DNA of 64,000 nucleotides from NCBI GenBank assembly GCA_000165345.1, contig CM000434.1, positions 256,001 to 320,000 of the forward strand, read 5' to 3'. Shown piece by piece: positions 54,615 to 64,000 of this stretch (position 1 is its first letter; each line of letters starts with the position of its first letter). The notes under the pieces were generated by a model. It saw only the letters and a program-made list of their open reading frames with translations, ran no database searches and was not told where the DNA came from. The position numbers and the translations under genes were made by a program.

Positions 54615-57600
54615 CTATAGAAATAGCGATTTAATAAATGTGTTCCAATGTGGAGTTAGTTTAATATCAGAATATGAATCATTCTCTTGAAGAATTCCTT
54701 CGTCACATTGTTCGAACGTAATAAAATTGTCAAGGTCATCATCTATTTCCTTAATATTACAATGATTATTTCTTCTATTAGACCCTGACTGATCTAAGCT
54801 ATTGGGGTCAACCCAATTAGAACTTATTATATTATGTATGTAATCGCATTCTCTTAACATATCATTACAATCTAAAATTGTCATGCTCCATACTTCATTT
54901 GATGATGTGCATTTTAATTCTAAATTTCCTGAACCGTTAATATTTTCATCTTCATCAAAAAATTCTTCGTCATCATCCATTTTTGGAGGTAATTTAATTC
55001 TTTCCATCTTCGATAGTTCTGTACTAAGAGTTTCAATACCCATTTCAATCAAATTGATAGCATTTCTAATCCAAAGGTTATCTTTGTCAGTTAAATTATT
55101 TCCATTGAAAAAAATAACTTGAAAACACATTTCAAAAATTCCAACTAATCTATTAAAAACAAATATTGCTTTGTTAAGAGACTCAAGTTCAGCAATTGCA
55201 TTTATTGAAGGTAAATCGCTTAAAGTATTATTGATTAGGAGTGAATTTTGATCAAGAATTGCAACAAAAACAAATTTAATGGATTGTAATAATTGAAAAC
55301 CAGAATTCCTGAGGATACAAAGAGAAATTTCTGGAATTTCGTCATAAAAATAATCATGGGAAAATTTTAAAACTTCAACACAGACATTAAAAATAAGCAC
55401 CTTGTTTTCTTTACGATTCCAAAGTGCTATTCTTGAAGCGATATCAGTAATAACACTTGAAATGTCTTTAACCGACTGAGTATTGTTGGCAATAAACTTA
55501 ATTAAGTAAATTATTATTTCCATGTACCAATCTTTTGAGAAATCGTCATCATTTAGTAAATACGGAATATTTGTTTGAACAAAGATTTTGCACTTTGAAT
55601 TTCTAAGTTTAGAACCATGTTTATCTATTTCGCTCAAATTCTCAATTTCTTCTGCCTCACTACTTTCAGAACCTTCATGAATTGTGCTCAGCCCATGATA
55701 ATTAATTTCATTATTAGTTCCACTTATGTTATTGAAATTAAATATTGATCTTTTAGAAATTGTATTTGATGGTAACAAAAAAAACAAACTGTTCTCCATT
55801 ATATTTAGAACAAATTCTGTATTCGAATTCTGAAACCCAATAGTTTTTCCTCCAACAGAATCATTATTAATAATGTTTAAATCTTGGGGAATAAATTCCC
55901 GAATTACATTGATAGCATTAAGTATAATTTTAAGGTGAAAAATACACGAGTATGATTTTGTATCTTCCTTCAAAGCTAAGTAAGTTGCTTTGCTTGCACC
56001 ATTATTAGTTTGTTCATCTAATATAGAAATCGACCTTTTATTAGAAGAACTATTTCTTGAAATAATTATTGGAGTTATTCTTTTTTTATGAATTGGTGTG
56101 ATAGTATTACATGATTTTTTAGATGACACAGAAATGGGCGTTATATTTTGATCGTTAATATCACTATTACTTGAGTTTGGAGTTCTTCTAATATTTGGAG
56201 TACTAAACCCATCAAATGCGTTAATTAATTCATTTGTCCCATCAGTTTCAATATTGTTGTAAACATTTGTAGCTAGGCATTCAATTCTGAAAGAAAATAA
56301 GTGGCAAAGTCTCACAAGCAAGTATTGAAAATCAATATTTGATAATATAGTTTGCCCTAATTCATTATTCAGTACAATTATTAACAAATATATTAGTAAA
56401 CTTCTAAAAATAATTCTCTGGGGATCTCCTGACTCCTTCATAATAGCAACATCATCTTTAATTTCATTAATTAGTATACTTATTAACTTTTCCAATAACT
56501 CAAAAGTTATATTATTGTAAAATGAATACTCTATTTTGTTTGAAATTCGAATTAAAGTTTTAATTTCTGAGCAATCAGCTCTATTCATTTCATCAATATT
56601 TATGTTGCTATTAATAATAGTAACAATAGAAACAATTAATGCATGATAAACCCATGTTTTTGATATATAATAACTTTGATATATTTCTTCTCCAATTGGC
56701 TGAAATACATTAATAATTCCTAAATATTCAGCGTATGAATCAATACAACACACAAAACACTTTTTTTTATTATCGTTTTCGCATGTATGAATTAAACTCG
56801 AAATGCTTTGATCGTTTGTATTGATGTTTGAATTGTCAAGTGCATTTTTTAATAAAAATCTATCAATATCAAAAGGACTCTCAACACCAAGATTTTTACA
56901 ATAGTTAATAACTTCTTCCAAAAACTCTATACAAAATTGTTTTGGTATACTTACTTCTTGTTGTTCAATCTCAAATATTTTATCATTGAATTCACATTCG
57001 CTGTTATTGAAGCAGGCATCTTCTCCTATAAGGTAATTAGATGGATGAATGGAATATTTGAATTTATATAATGACATATTTACTCGTTTAATAATTGGAA
57101 TGTATAGAATTGCAATTAAGTGTATCATTGTTGAATAATTCATTTTGAAAATACCTAGATCATTTAAAGTATTATTTTGTAAGCTCTCAATTAATTTATC
57201 TTTTGGCTCGCAAATTAAATTCTTAGAATTATAAAACTCTTGATTTTCTGATAATTGGTTAAAAATCCCCAATAATGAAACTTTTGGATTGCGTTTAGCT
57301 AGATTGGTCCAATCATTTTCATCTAGAAAATGACGATTTATTGAACCACTTTTTTGTATGTATTGCTTCATTTCAAAGAATAATTTACAAAGAGAAGGAT
57401 TTAAATGAAAAAACTCTAGTAACTTCATGTAAATTGACGTTAAGGCTAATGAAATATTGATAGATAAATTTTTGTCTTCATTATTTTGTTTTGAATCGAT
57501 AATTTGTGGCATATTACGAATATACTGAAGATAGTTGCCTTCCAATAGCTGAAAGATCATGTTGATGATCTTAAAATTTTCGATATTCCTTGAAATTAAA

Positions 57601-59279
57601 TGATAAGTACAATTCATGAATTGAATATAAGGAAAGTTTTGGGAATTTATCAAATGAATGTTTCTAAAATTTGAGATATTTAACTGAACTCTTTTTGATA
57701 TTCCTTCTGGGAAGATATCCTTTTTATATAAAAGAGTCATACAGCTTCCAATCAACAAAAATCCAAACGAATATAGTTCTTCATAAATACTATCAAATAG
57801 ATAAAGAATCGTAATATCACTTGTTTTTGGATGTAATATGGCCAGAAATAAAAGTGTTATCAAAATCTCTTCAAATATTTCATTTTTACTATTGCATTGA
57901 AAGCTAGGTAAGCTTCTCTGTGTATTTCTGAATTTGTATATGTTTAATATTGAGTTAAATACTAAGACTACAAAAGCGTCATTATTTTCAATTATTTGGC
58001 TACTAATTTCGTTCATATCAATTATTAAACTTGGATGTCTTCTAAAATGTTTAATAAGATACTTTATTTGTAATAAATGATCTGAAAACTCGTACTTGTA
58101 AAATGAGGAGTTATTATCCTTGCCACCACTAGTCAAGTAATAAAGTATATTAAATGATTCTTCATAAATCAAATTGAACTCATCTAAAAGTTCAAAATCA
58201 ATGCCATAGTAAATAAAAATTAATGATGAAATGAAATATATAATTAAATTATATATTTCACTACAGGATTCAAATGAGATCTTTTTATGTTTACAAGAAC
58301 AATATGTGTGCTCATTTTCGAAGTTGGAATTGGATTGAGTTTTCGAATTGCAATTTTCAATTTTTGTATTTAGAATTAACTCGACGGTTAAAGGAAAAAA
58401 CTCAATTGTAAATGGAAAAAAATTAATAAATGAGCTGAACAGAATAAGCAGAAGCTTGTTATTTGAAAGAAAGCTAGAGTTGTCTCTAATCCAGTCTATA
58501 TGGGTACTTCTGCTTGAATTTTCAACTATCCAATCGTCAATTTTACACAAACAGGTTCTTTCATCCCATAATTTTAATTCAAATAGAGATTCGCGAAATG
58601 AATTTTCATCGGCCAATGACTTAAAAATTTGCAATGCAAAGCTCCAGAAATCACTCTTTAAATCTCTCGAAGAATAATTTTCTTCAAAACATTCTTCTAA
58701 CTCTTCTTTCCAATTAGATATTTGGCTATTTGGAAACAAATATTTGGTGCTAATTTCCAAATCGCAACAGATTAACATAATAATATAGTTCCGTGCCCTT
58801 CCAGATACTATTCCAAGTAGAGCATCTCTCAATACTTCGTATCTTATATCTTCCCTTATTTGATTTTTTGAAAAATTTAACTTTTGCCTATACAATATAT
58901 AACACCATTCGAAAAACAACGGTATTACGGAAACATCAAAATCTTCCATTCTAATAATAAACTCTGCAAAAAATCTTTTCAGTTTAGAACCAGTAATATG
59001 CCTTGAAGTGATACTCAGCATTCTTTCAAAAATTCTAAAATGTGGGATCGCATTCATAAAATCTTTAATAACTATTGATTCCAGAAAAAGCTGGATCCAA
59101 TCTTCCATTTCAAATTTGGTTTTATTCTCAAACATTTTTTTCAAAAAAATATTTGAATATGATACATTTTTTATTGGCCTACACTTTTTATAGTTTTTTT
59201 TCTCTTTGTTAAAAGCGCAATGGATTTCATTAACGTCGGTATTTCTTCCTCTTTTCTTTTTGCATCGAATGCCTCTCAT
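54615..59279 (-). CDS. Large hypothetical protein (1554 aa).
   Basis: Single 4.66-kb ORF. Basic N-terminus (KKKRGRN). I/L/N/F-rich. No recognisable domain. Confidence 0.65.
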   Translation of the reverse strand: MRGIRCKKKRGRNTDVNEIHCAFNKEKKNYKKCRPIKNVSYSNIFLKKMFENKTKFEMEDWIQLFLESIVIKDFMNAIPHFRIFERMLSITSRHITGSKLKRFFAEFIIRMEDFDVSVIPLFFEWCYILYRQKLNFSKNQIREDIRYEVLRDALLGIVSGRARNYIIMLICCDLEISTKYLFPNSQISNWKEELEECFEENYSSRDLKSDFWSFALQIFKSLADENSFRESLFELKLWDERTCLCKIDDWIVENSSRSTHIDWIRDNSSFLSNNKLLLILFSSFINFFPFTIEFFPLTVELILNTKIENCNSKTQSNSNFENEHTYCSCKHKKISFESCSEIYNLIIYFISSLIFIYYGIDFELLDEFNLIYEESFNILYYLTSGGKDNNSSFYKYEFSDHLLQIKYLIKHFRRHPSLIIDMNEISSQIIENNDAFVVLVFNSILNIYKFRNTQRSLPSFQCNSKNEIFEEILITLLFLAILHPKTSDITILYLFDSIYEELYSFGFLLIGSCMTLLYKKDIFPEGISKRVQLNISNFRNIHLINSQNFPYIQFMNCTYHLISRNIENFKIINMIFQLLEGNYLQYIRNMPQIIDSKQNNEDKNLSINISLALTSIYMKLLEFFHLNPSLCKLFFEMKQYIQKSGSINRHFLDENDWTNLAKRNPKVSLLGIFNQLSENQEFYNSKNLICEPKDKLIESLQNNTLNDLGIFKMNYSTMIHLIAILYIPIIKRVNMSLYKFKYSIHPSNYLIGEDACFNNSECEFNDKIFEIEQQEVSIPKQFCIEFLEEVINYCKNLGVESPFDIDRFLLKNALDNSNINTNDQSISSLIHTCENDNKKKCFVCCIDSYAEYLGIINVFQPIGEEIYQSYYISKTWVYHALIVSIVTIINSNINIDEMNRADCSEIKTLIRISNKIEYSFYNNITFELLEKLISILINEIKDDVAIMKESGDPQRIIFRSLLIYLLIIVLNNELGQTILSNIDFQYLLVRLCHLFSFRIECLATNVYNNIETDGTNELINAFDGFSTPNIRRTPNSSNSDINDQNITPISVSSKKSCNTITPIHKKRITPIIISRNSSSNKRSISILDEQTNNGASKATYLALKEDTKSYSCIFHLKIILNAINVIREFIPQDLNIINNDSVGGKTIGFQNSNTEFVLNIMENSLFFLLPSNTISKRSIFNFNNISGTNNEINYHGLSTIHEGSESSEAEEIENLSEIDKHGSKLRNSKCKIFVQTNIPYLLNDDDFSKDWYMEIIIYLIKFIANNTQSVKDISSVITDIASRIALWNRKENKVLIFNVCVEVLKFSHDYFYDEIPEISLCILRNSGFQLLQSIKFVFVAILDQNSLLINNTLSDLPSINAIAELESLNKAIFVFNRLVGIFEMCFQVIFFNGNNLTDKDNLWIRNAINLIEMGIETLSTELSKMERIKLPPKMDDDEEFFDEDENINGSGNLELKCTSSNEVWSMTILDCNDMLRECDYIHNIISSNWVDPNSLDQSGSNRRNNHCNIKEIDDDLDNFITFEQCDEGILQENDSYSDIKLTPHWNTFIKSLFL

Positions 59280-59663
59280 AATTAATAAGCAGGAAGATGA
59301 AAAAAGACAATTATTATAATTGCTTACAGAACCGTATGCATTTCGATTAATTAGTTATTTTTTATCCATAATGTGGTCACGCTAGTATCAATTTACACTT
59401 ACGCACAAATTTTTCCTAATTTTTATGCTAGCACAAGGCGGTAAAACATATTTTGACAACTAAAATAATTAATTTATTTTGAAATTGTTTGCCTTGTAAA
59501 TATTTAAAATTGTTGCATTCTAATATAAAAATAATAATTTCTCTATCCCAAACGTCACCTCTATTTCCTGTACATTGCTGAATAATGAGAAAAGTTGAAT
59601 TTTTTAAATTTTAATTGTAAAAATACATACTAGAATTATTAAAAATAAAAGAACAGATTTGCA

Positions 59664-60287
59664 ATGTTAATCGCATTCTCCGTATGCCTTTTAGCAACGA
59701 TCATTTTCTGTAATTTTGCACTGATTTTTTGTAGAAGAATACCGTGCGAATTTGAAGGGAATCGAGATGTTCGTCATAGAAATAGCTTTTCAATTCGTAT
59801 CTCCGATAGAAATTCAATAGTTTCGCAAACAATCAGCAATGAAGAACTCTCAAAAATTGCCCCGGTAAAAAAGTATAGTTCGCTTTCAAATAAACATTAT
59901 AGAAGAGAGTACAATATTTATAATAAGAGCAGCTCGTTCTCTGGATATTTATCCTCTGGTTCAACGCATAAGTCAAAAAACAACTATTCCTGTGTAATAT
60001 GTTTAAATAATATTTGTGATGAAGACCTAGTGAGAAAACTTCCTTGTAAACACATTTACCATTTTAATTGCATTGATGAGTGGGTAAAAATAAAGTCAAA
60101 TTGCCCTCTATGTAATATCAATCTTACTTCAATTTATAATCAAAATATTCGGGATAGAGAATTGATGCATTCGCCTAACAGAATTCAAAACTATGAAGAA
60201 GTCGAATTTTCTGAGATATATAATTCAAGCAACTTGCTGAACGATAAGCTTTTAGCTTCAAAATTCGATGTTTTAATTAAAAATTAA
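59664..60287 (+). CDS. RING-H2 finger E3 ubiquitin ligase-like membrane protein.
   Basis: N-terminal TM (LIAFSVCLLATIIFCNFALIFC). C-terminal RING-H2: CVICLNNICDEDLVRKLPCKHIYHFNCIDEWVKIKSNCPLCN (C3H2C3). Confidence 0.75.
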   Translation: MLIAFSVCLLATIIFCNFALIFCRRIPCEFEGNRDVRHRNSFSIRISDRNSIVSQTISNEELSKIAPVKKYSSLSNKHYRREYNIYNKSSSFSGYLSSGSTHKSKNNYSCVICLNNICDEDLVRKLPCKHIYHFNCIDEWVKIKSNCPLCNINLTSIYNQNIRDRELMHSPNRIQNYEEVEFSEIYNSSNLLNDKLLASKFDVLIKN

Positions 60288-60347
60288 TAAAACAATATAT
60301 CAAGATCATAATTAAATAACGGAGCGTTCCCGCCTTTCAGTTGTTAA

Positions 60348-61472
60348 TTGACCAATCAATTCTCAAATTTTTTCAAGGCAAATATTACACGGCTTTTCGA
60401 TGGGAAAATGGTTATATTTCCAATTAGGTACATAAGGAATACATTGGTATTATTTATTATTTTTTTCATTCATAATATAAACTGCAAAGCGCAAGAAAAA
60501 CCCGAAATGGCAAATTGTCCAAATTATGGATCAGTTTCACATGGGTTCCTGTGTCTTGGTCTAAATAAATTGAAATCATTTAAGACTGAATCATGGATAA
60601 GCTGTGCAAATGAATGTACAAAACATTCTGCTTCATTTAAATATAGGAAGTGCAAGTATTGGTCATGGAGGGCAACGGATTTTTCGTGTAGCTTAAAGTC
60701 TAAGTCATCTCGCTGTTCGGCAAGAGACGATTCATATGTATCAGGAACAATACCTACATCAATGGCCGGATACTGCTCTACAACATGTGTGGTGGGGGAA
60801 TGGTCAGGATGGTCAAGATGCACTCGTTCGAGGCCATGCGGAGGTTATTCTGAGCGTATGCGAAATGTTATTTTTTCACCGATGTTCCCGGGTGAAATTT
60901 GTCCGAATAAGAGTGAATTGAGGTCCTGTAAGCTTGATAAACTACGTTGCCCAGCGAATTGTCCAGATTATGGGATCGTTGCTTTGGGATGGGGCTGTAG
61001 TGCCTATGAAATTCCGGGAGGTGGTTCCAAATTAATTCAAAATATAGATATTAAAAAATGCAGGGATGAGTGTATTAATAATAAGAGCTGTGTGTATTGG
61101 TCTTATGGTATATGGGATCAAACAATTGGTGAAAGAAGCACTTTTCCCAAAATAGAAATGGTTTCAATTGAAGATGGGACTCCTGTTTGCATTAATGTTT
61201 ATAACCATATAGGGTGTATGTTTAAACTTGAAGGTTGGGTTTCTGGGAATTCTGAGACCATCATCTCTGAAAAAGCTTGCTCGATAGATTGCGCCACATC
61301 CATGTGGTCTAATTGGTCAAACTGTATTTTTAATCCAAATGATGGACAAAGTTACAAGAAAAGATATAGGTCTATAATTACCAAAAATAATGACAGTGGA
61401 TTAGAGTGTCCAGACCTCCAGGAAACATCATTGTGCGAAACCACGTCAAACAATGAGCGTTTTAATTCGTAA
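60348..61472 (+). CDS. Secreted cysteine-rich adhesin-like protein with TSP1 repeats and PAN/Apple-like modules.
   Basis: Signal peptide (the likely start is the internal M at about 60408). TSP1 motifs WSGWSRCTRSRPCGG and WSNWSNCIFNP...C. Cys-spaced PAN/Apple-like segments (CPNYGS...CANECTKHSASFKYRKCKYWSW; CPDYGIV...CRDECINNKSCVYWSY). No C-terminal TM. Confidence 0.8.
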   Translation: MTNQFSNFFKANITRLFDGKMVIFPIRYIRNTLVLFIIFFIHNINCKAQEKPEMANCPNYGSVSHGFLCLGLNKLKSFKTESWISCANECTKHSASFKYRKCKYWSWRATDFSCSLKSKSSRCSARDDSYVSGTIPTSMAGYCSTTCVVGEWSGWSRCTRSRPCGGYSERMRNVIFSPMFPGEICPNKSELRSCKLDKLRCPANCPDYGIVALGWGCSAYEIPGGGSKLIQNIDIKKCRDECINNKSCVYWSYGIWDQTIGERSTFPKIEMVSIEDGTPVCINVYNHIGCMFKLEGWVSGNSETIISEKACSIDCATSMWSNWSNCIFNPNDGQSYKKRYRSIITKNNDSGLECPDLQETSLCETTSNNERFNS

Positions 61473-61918
61473 CTTTTAATTTTAAAACTCGTTATAGTTT
61501 AATAGTAATTAAAATAGCTGAATATTTTTGTATTTCTTGAACCAAATGCTGTATGGGCTTAACTACGGGCTTTTATTGAATACAATATTACTTGTATTTC
61601 ATTATTTTCAAATTTTAGATTCAATATAGTTATATTCGTTTACCAGGTAAATAGCTATCCATGACCTTTTTTTCTGCAACATTTAATTAGCAATAAATTT
61701 ATGGCGGGTATTTGTCCCCACATTTGTCCTCATGCATCCTTTGGTTCATGTATAAAATTTGGGATTCAAGAACAGGAGGAAGTTATATTTTTTTTAGAAA
61801 TTAATAATTTTCTAATAATAAACTGAGGTGGAAATAAATAGGAGGTATTTTGCTAACATTTATCGTATTTTAACTTTATAAGGAATTGAAAACCTAGAGT
61901 GTTATATTTATAAATAAA

Positions 61919-63217
61919 ATGGAAATTAGTGAAAATACCTTCCAAGATGTTAAGCTAGATAAATTTCCTGATTTGGATGGCAATCAATTTAAAAGAAATG
62001 ACACTGCTGTTAGCGAACTTTGTGACTCCAAATATTCAATTGGGAAGAAGATTTTCCCGGAAAATAGTGATCACCATAGGCCAGAGGATAACAAAGCAAA
62101 GCAATTTAAAAAAAGTGATGAACAATCTGAAAAAGCTACTAATAATGAAGATATGGAAAATCTTAATAATGCCAGTAATCTATTTGATGTAAAGGGGTCT
62201 CAAAAACCAAAGAATTTAAGTGATAATAGTTTAGATCACGATTCAAATGTGGACAATAGCCAGGTTTCAGCTAGGATAATAATGCTTGATTTAGATAATA
62301 CATTGATTCCTACAAATTGGATAATGCAAACATGGAGAAACATTCAATGCGAAATGGGCAATGAAGGAGATAGTATAGACTATGGAGAAAATGAAAGCAG
62401 CCTTTATGAGCTAACTGAACAAATTAGAAATGAATTAGTTCAAGTAGGATTATTTGATTTACTTGATCAGTTCTTTTCCGATCTATGGAGTACTGGAATG
62501 GCATATAAAATTGTAATAATTACAAATGCCGGACTGAGAACTGTAGAATTATTTTATCTAAAATACTGCCTTCCAAAGCTAGGTGATATTTTAAAGAAAT
62601 ATAATGTTGAAATTAATTCAACAGAAGAGTATATTAGAAAAAAAGGCCCTCCTCCATCTCCTTTCAGTGAGGAGGAATATCGAGAATTTTATACAAATGC
62701 AAAATTACATGAATTTCAAAAGGTATTATTAGATTGCTGGGGGAATAACTTAGAATGTAATGATGACTTTCCTTCCATGTTTGATGTTATATCTGCAGGT
62801 GATCAAGCTTGCGAAATGACAGCAGCTTGCAGAATAAGCAAATTTTATGAAAACAAAATACGTCGCACAAAACTCATTTATATTCATGATCCGGAAGATT
62901 TTCGATTCTGGAAACAAAAGCCGGAGAGCTTTATGAAACAACTTTCAGAAACCCACAGAGAACTATTAAATCTACTTAGTGATGATTCAGAAACTTTGAT
63001 TGGTTGTAGTGATATGAATTCAACAGGATTCACAAATTTGGAGGAAGAAAATGATGAGGAATTTGAAGAGGTTGCATTAGGATGGTACTGTAAAGGTAAA
63101 TATATTAATATTGCAATAAGCAAGCCTGAAAGATTTGTGTTGCCGCAAGGTAGTAGTGAAACTTATCTTGAAACTGAAAGAGATTATTTTGAAAAAGAAG
63201 TAGGTATGGCTCTTTAG
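61919..63217 (+). CDS. HAD-superfamily hydrolase-like protein (motif I DxDxT) with an acidic N-terminal extension.
   Basis: IIMLDLDNTLIP (HAD motif I). 432-aa ORF. The remaining HAD motifs are not confidently identified by eye. Confidence 0.5.
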   Translation: MEISENTFQDVKLDKFPDLDGNQFKRNDTAVSELCDSKYSIGKKIFPENSDHHRPEDNKAKQFKKSDEQSEKATNNEDMENLNNASNLFDVKGSQKPKNLSDNSLDHDSNVDNSQVSARIIMLDLDNTLIPTNWIMQTWRNIQCEMGNEGDSIDYGENESSLYELTEQIRNELVQVGLFDLLDQFFSDLWSTGMAYKIVIITNAGLRTVELFYLKYCLPKLGDILKKYNVEINSTEEYIRKKGPPPSPFSEEEYREFYTNAKLHEFQKVLLDCWGNNLECNDDFPSMFDVISAGDQACEMTAACRISKFYENKIRRTKLIYIHDPEDFRFWKQKPESFMKQLSETHRELLNLLSDDSETLIGCSDMNSTGFTNLEEENDEEFEEVALGWYCKGKYINIAISKPERFVLPQGSSETYLETERDYFEKEVGMAL

Positions 63218-63318
63218 ATATGAAAAAAAATTGAGTTAAACGTAGATTATATTAAAAAAATTCTATTACTTATTCTAAATTAACTTGTCATTACTAAAAA
63301 AGTAACTAATTTTTAAAT

Positions 63319-63951
63319 TCATTTTTTAATTGGTATTGATAGAGGATTATATCTATAACCTAATCGCCCCGAAACAAGAGTTGAAATAAATTGAGAACTT
63401 GTAAAAGAAGTTCTAATTACGAAGTTTGAATATCCAAACCCTGAATCATGATTATATGAATATTCGTCATATGAGTCGATGAAAAATGATTGGATATTAA
63501 TACTCACAGTACAATTCCTATAATCTTTTGTACAAGTGAAGTCAATCATTTCATCTGGTATTTTCTTGTATTTAAATTTTGTAAAATCGGGGAAAAGATA
63601 GTCAAGATTGTCTGAATTACAACTGCTTTTATTGTTTGAATCAACAGGAATCCTTCCAATATACGCAATTTCTACGCCTTCTATCATAATTTTATCTACA
63701 AATAATCGATTAACATATTTGATATCGAATAGAAATGATATTGATGTTGTGAAATTTACAACTGATGATTGACTATTTGTTCTTAAAAGAGGTTGAGATA
63801 TTACCAAATAGTTTTTTTCGAAAACTGCAGGAACAATATCGACTCTACTTGGCGAGATACTATAAGCCAAGATAATCCCGCAAAGTGGTATAATAAAAGT
63901 AACTGAAAGCCAACCCAATAACCAGAGGACTAACTTAAGAACTTTATTCAC
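63319..63951 (-). CDS. Hypothetical signal-anchored or secreted protein (210 aa).
   Basis: N-terminal hydrophobic segment (VLKLVLWLLGWLSVTFIIPLCGIILAYSI) followed by a Cys-containing domain. Confidence 0.5.
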   Translation of the reverse strand: MNKVLKLVLWLLGWLSVTFIIPLCGIILAYSISPSRVDIVPAVFEKNYLVISQPLLRTNSQSSVVNFTTSISFLFDIKYVNRLFVDKIMIEGVEIAYIGRIPVDSNNKSSCNSDNLDYLFPDFTKFKYKKIPDEMIDFTCTKDYRNCTVSINIQSFFIDSYDEYSYNHDSGFGYSNFVIRTSFTSSQFISTLVSGRLGYRYNPLSIPIKK

Positions 63952-64000
63952 TGTAAATTTTGGTCTTGGTGACTTTGGACGGTATTTTTTACCATAAAAT

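Overview
AT-rich (~30% GC), gene-dense, almost intron-free eukaryotic DNA. It matches Cryptosporidium chromosome 6 around the gp60 (gp40/15) glycoprotein locus. The clearest evidence is an ORF on the minus strand at 10434..11408 that encodes the gp60 precursor. It has a signal peptide, a poly-serine tract, an RSRR furin site and a C-terminal GPI-type hydrophobic tail. Its TCA/TCG microsatellite reads 15 TCA + 2 TCG + 1 ACATCA, i.e. subtype IIaA15G2R1 (C. parvum, Iowa-II-like). I call about 33 protein-coding genes, almost all single long ORFs. One small signal-peptide exon appears to be spliced. There is one tRNA gene with a CAG anticodon, followed by a Pol III T-run, and its architecture is odd. 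Recognisable products are eIF4E (5'-truncated at the window edge), Rpp21/Rpr2, IscU with a presequence, EMC4, gp60, two J-domain proteins, an ApiAP2 factor with two AP2 domains, diphthine synthase DPH5, N-terminal methyltransferase NTMT1, a Grc3/NOL9/Clp1-type kinase, an Sct1/Gpt2-type glycerol-3-phosphate acyltransferase, a RING-H2 protein and a TSP1/Apple-domain secreted protein. The rest are lineage-specific hypothetical proteins: many have signal peptides and several are very large. I found no prokaryote-type system such as CRISPR or a mobile element. The observations most worth a second look are the atypical tRNA, an identical E2F-like TTGGCGCCT element at a fixed distance upstream of three adjacent housekeeping genes, a GC-rich inverted repeat enclosing 82 nt upstream of the AP2 gene, duplicated GC-containing motifs in intergenic DNA, and the unusually long gene-free region upstream of gp60.
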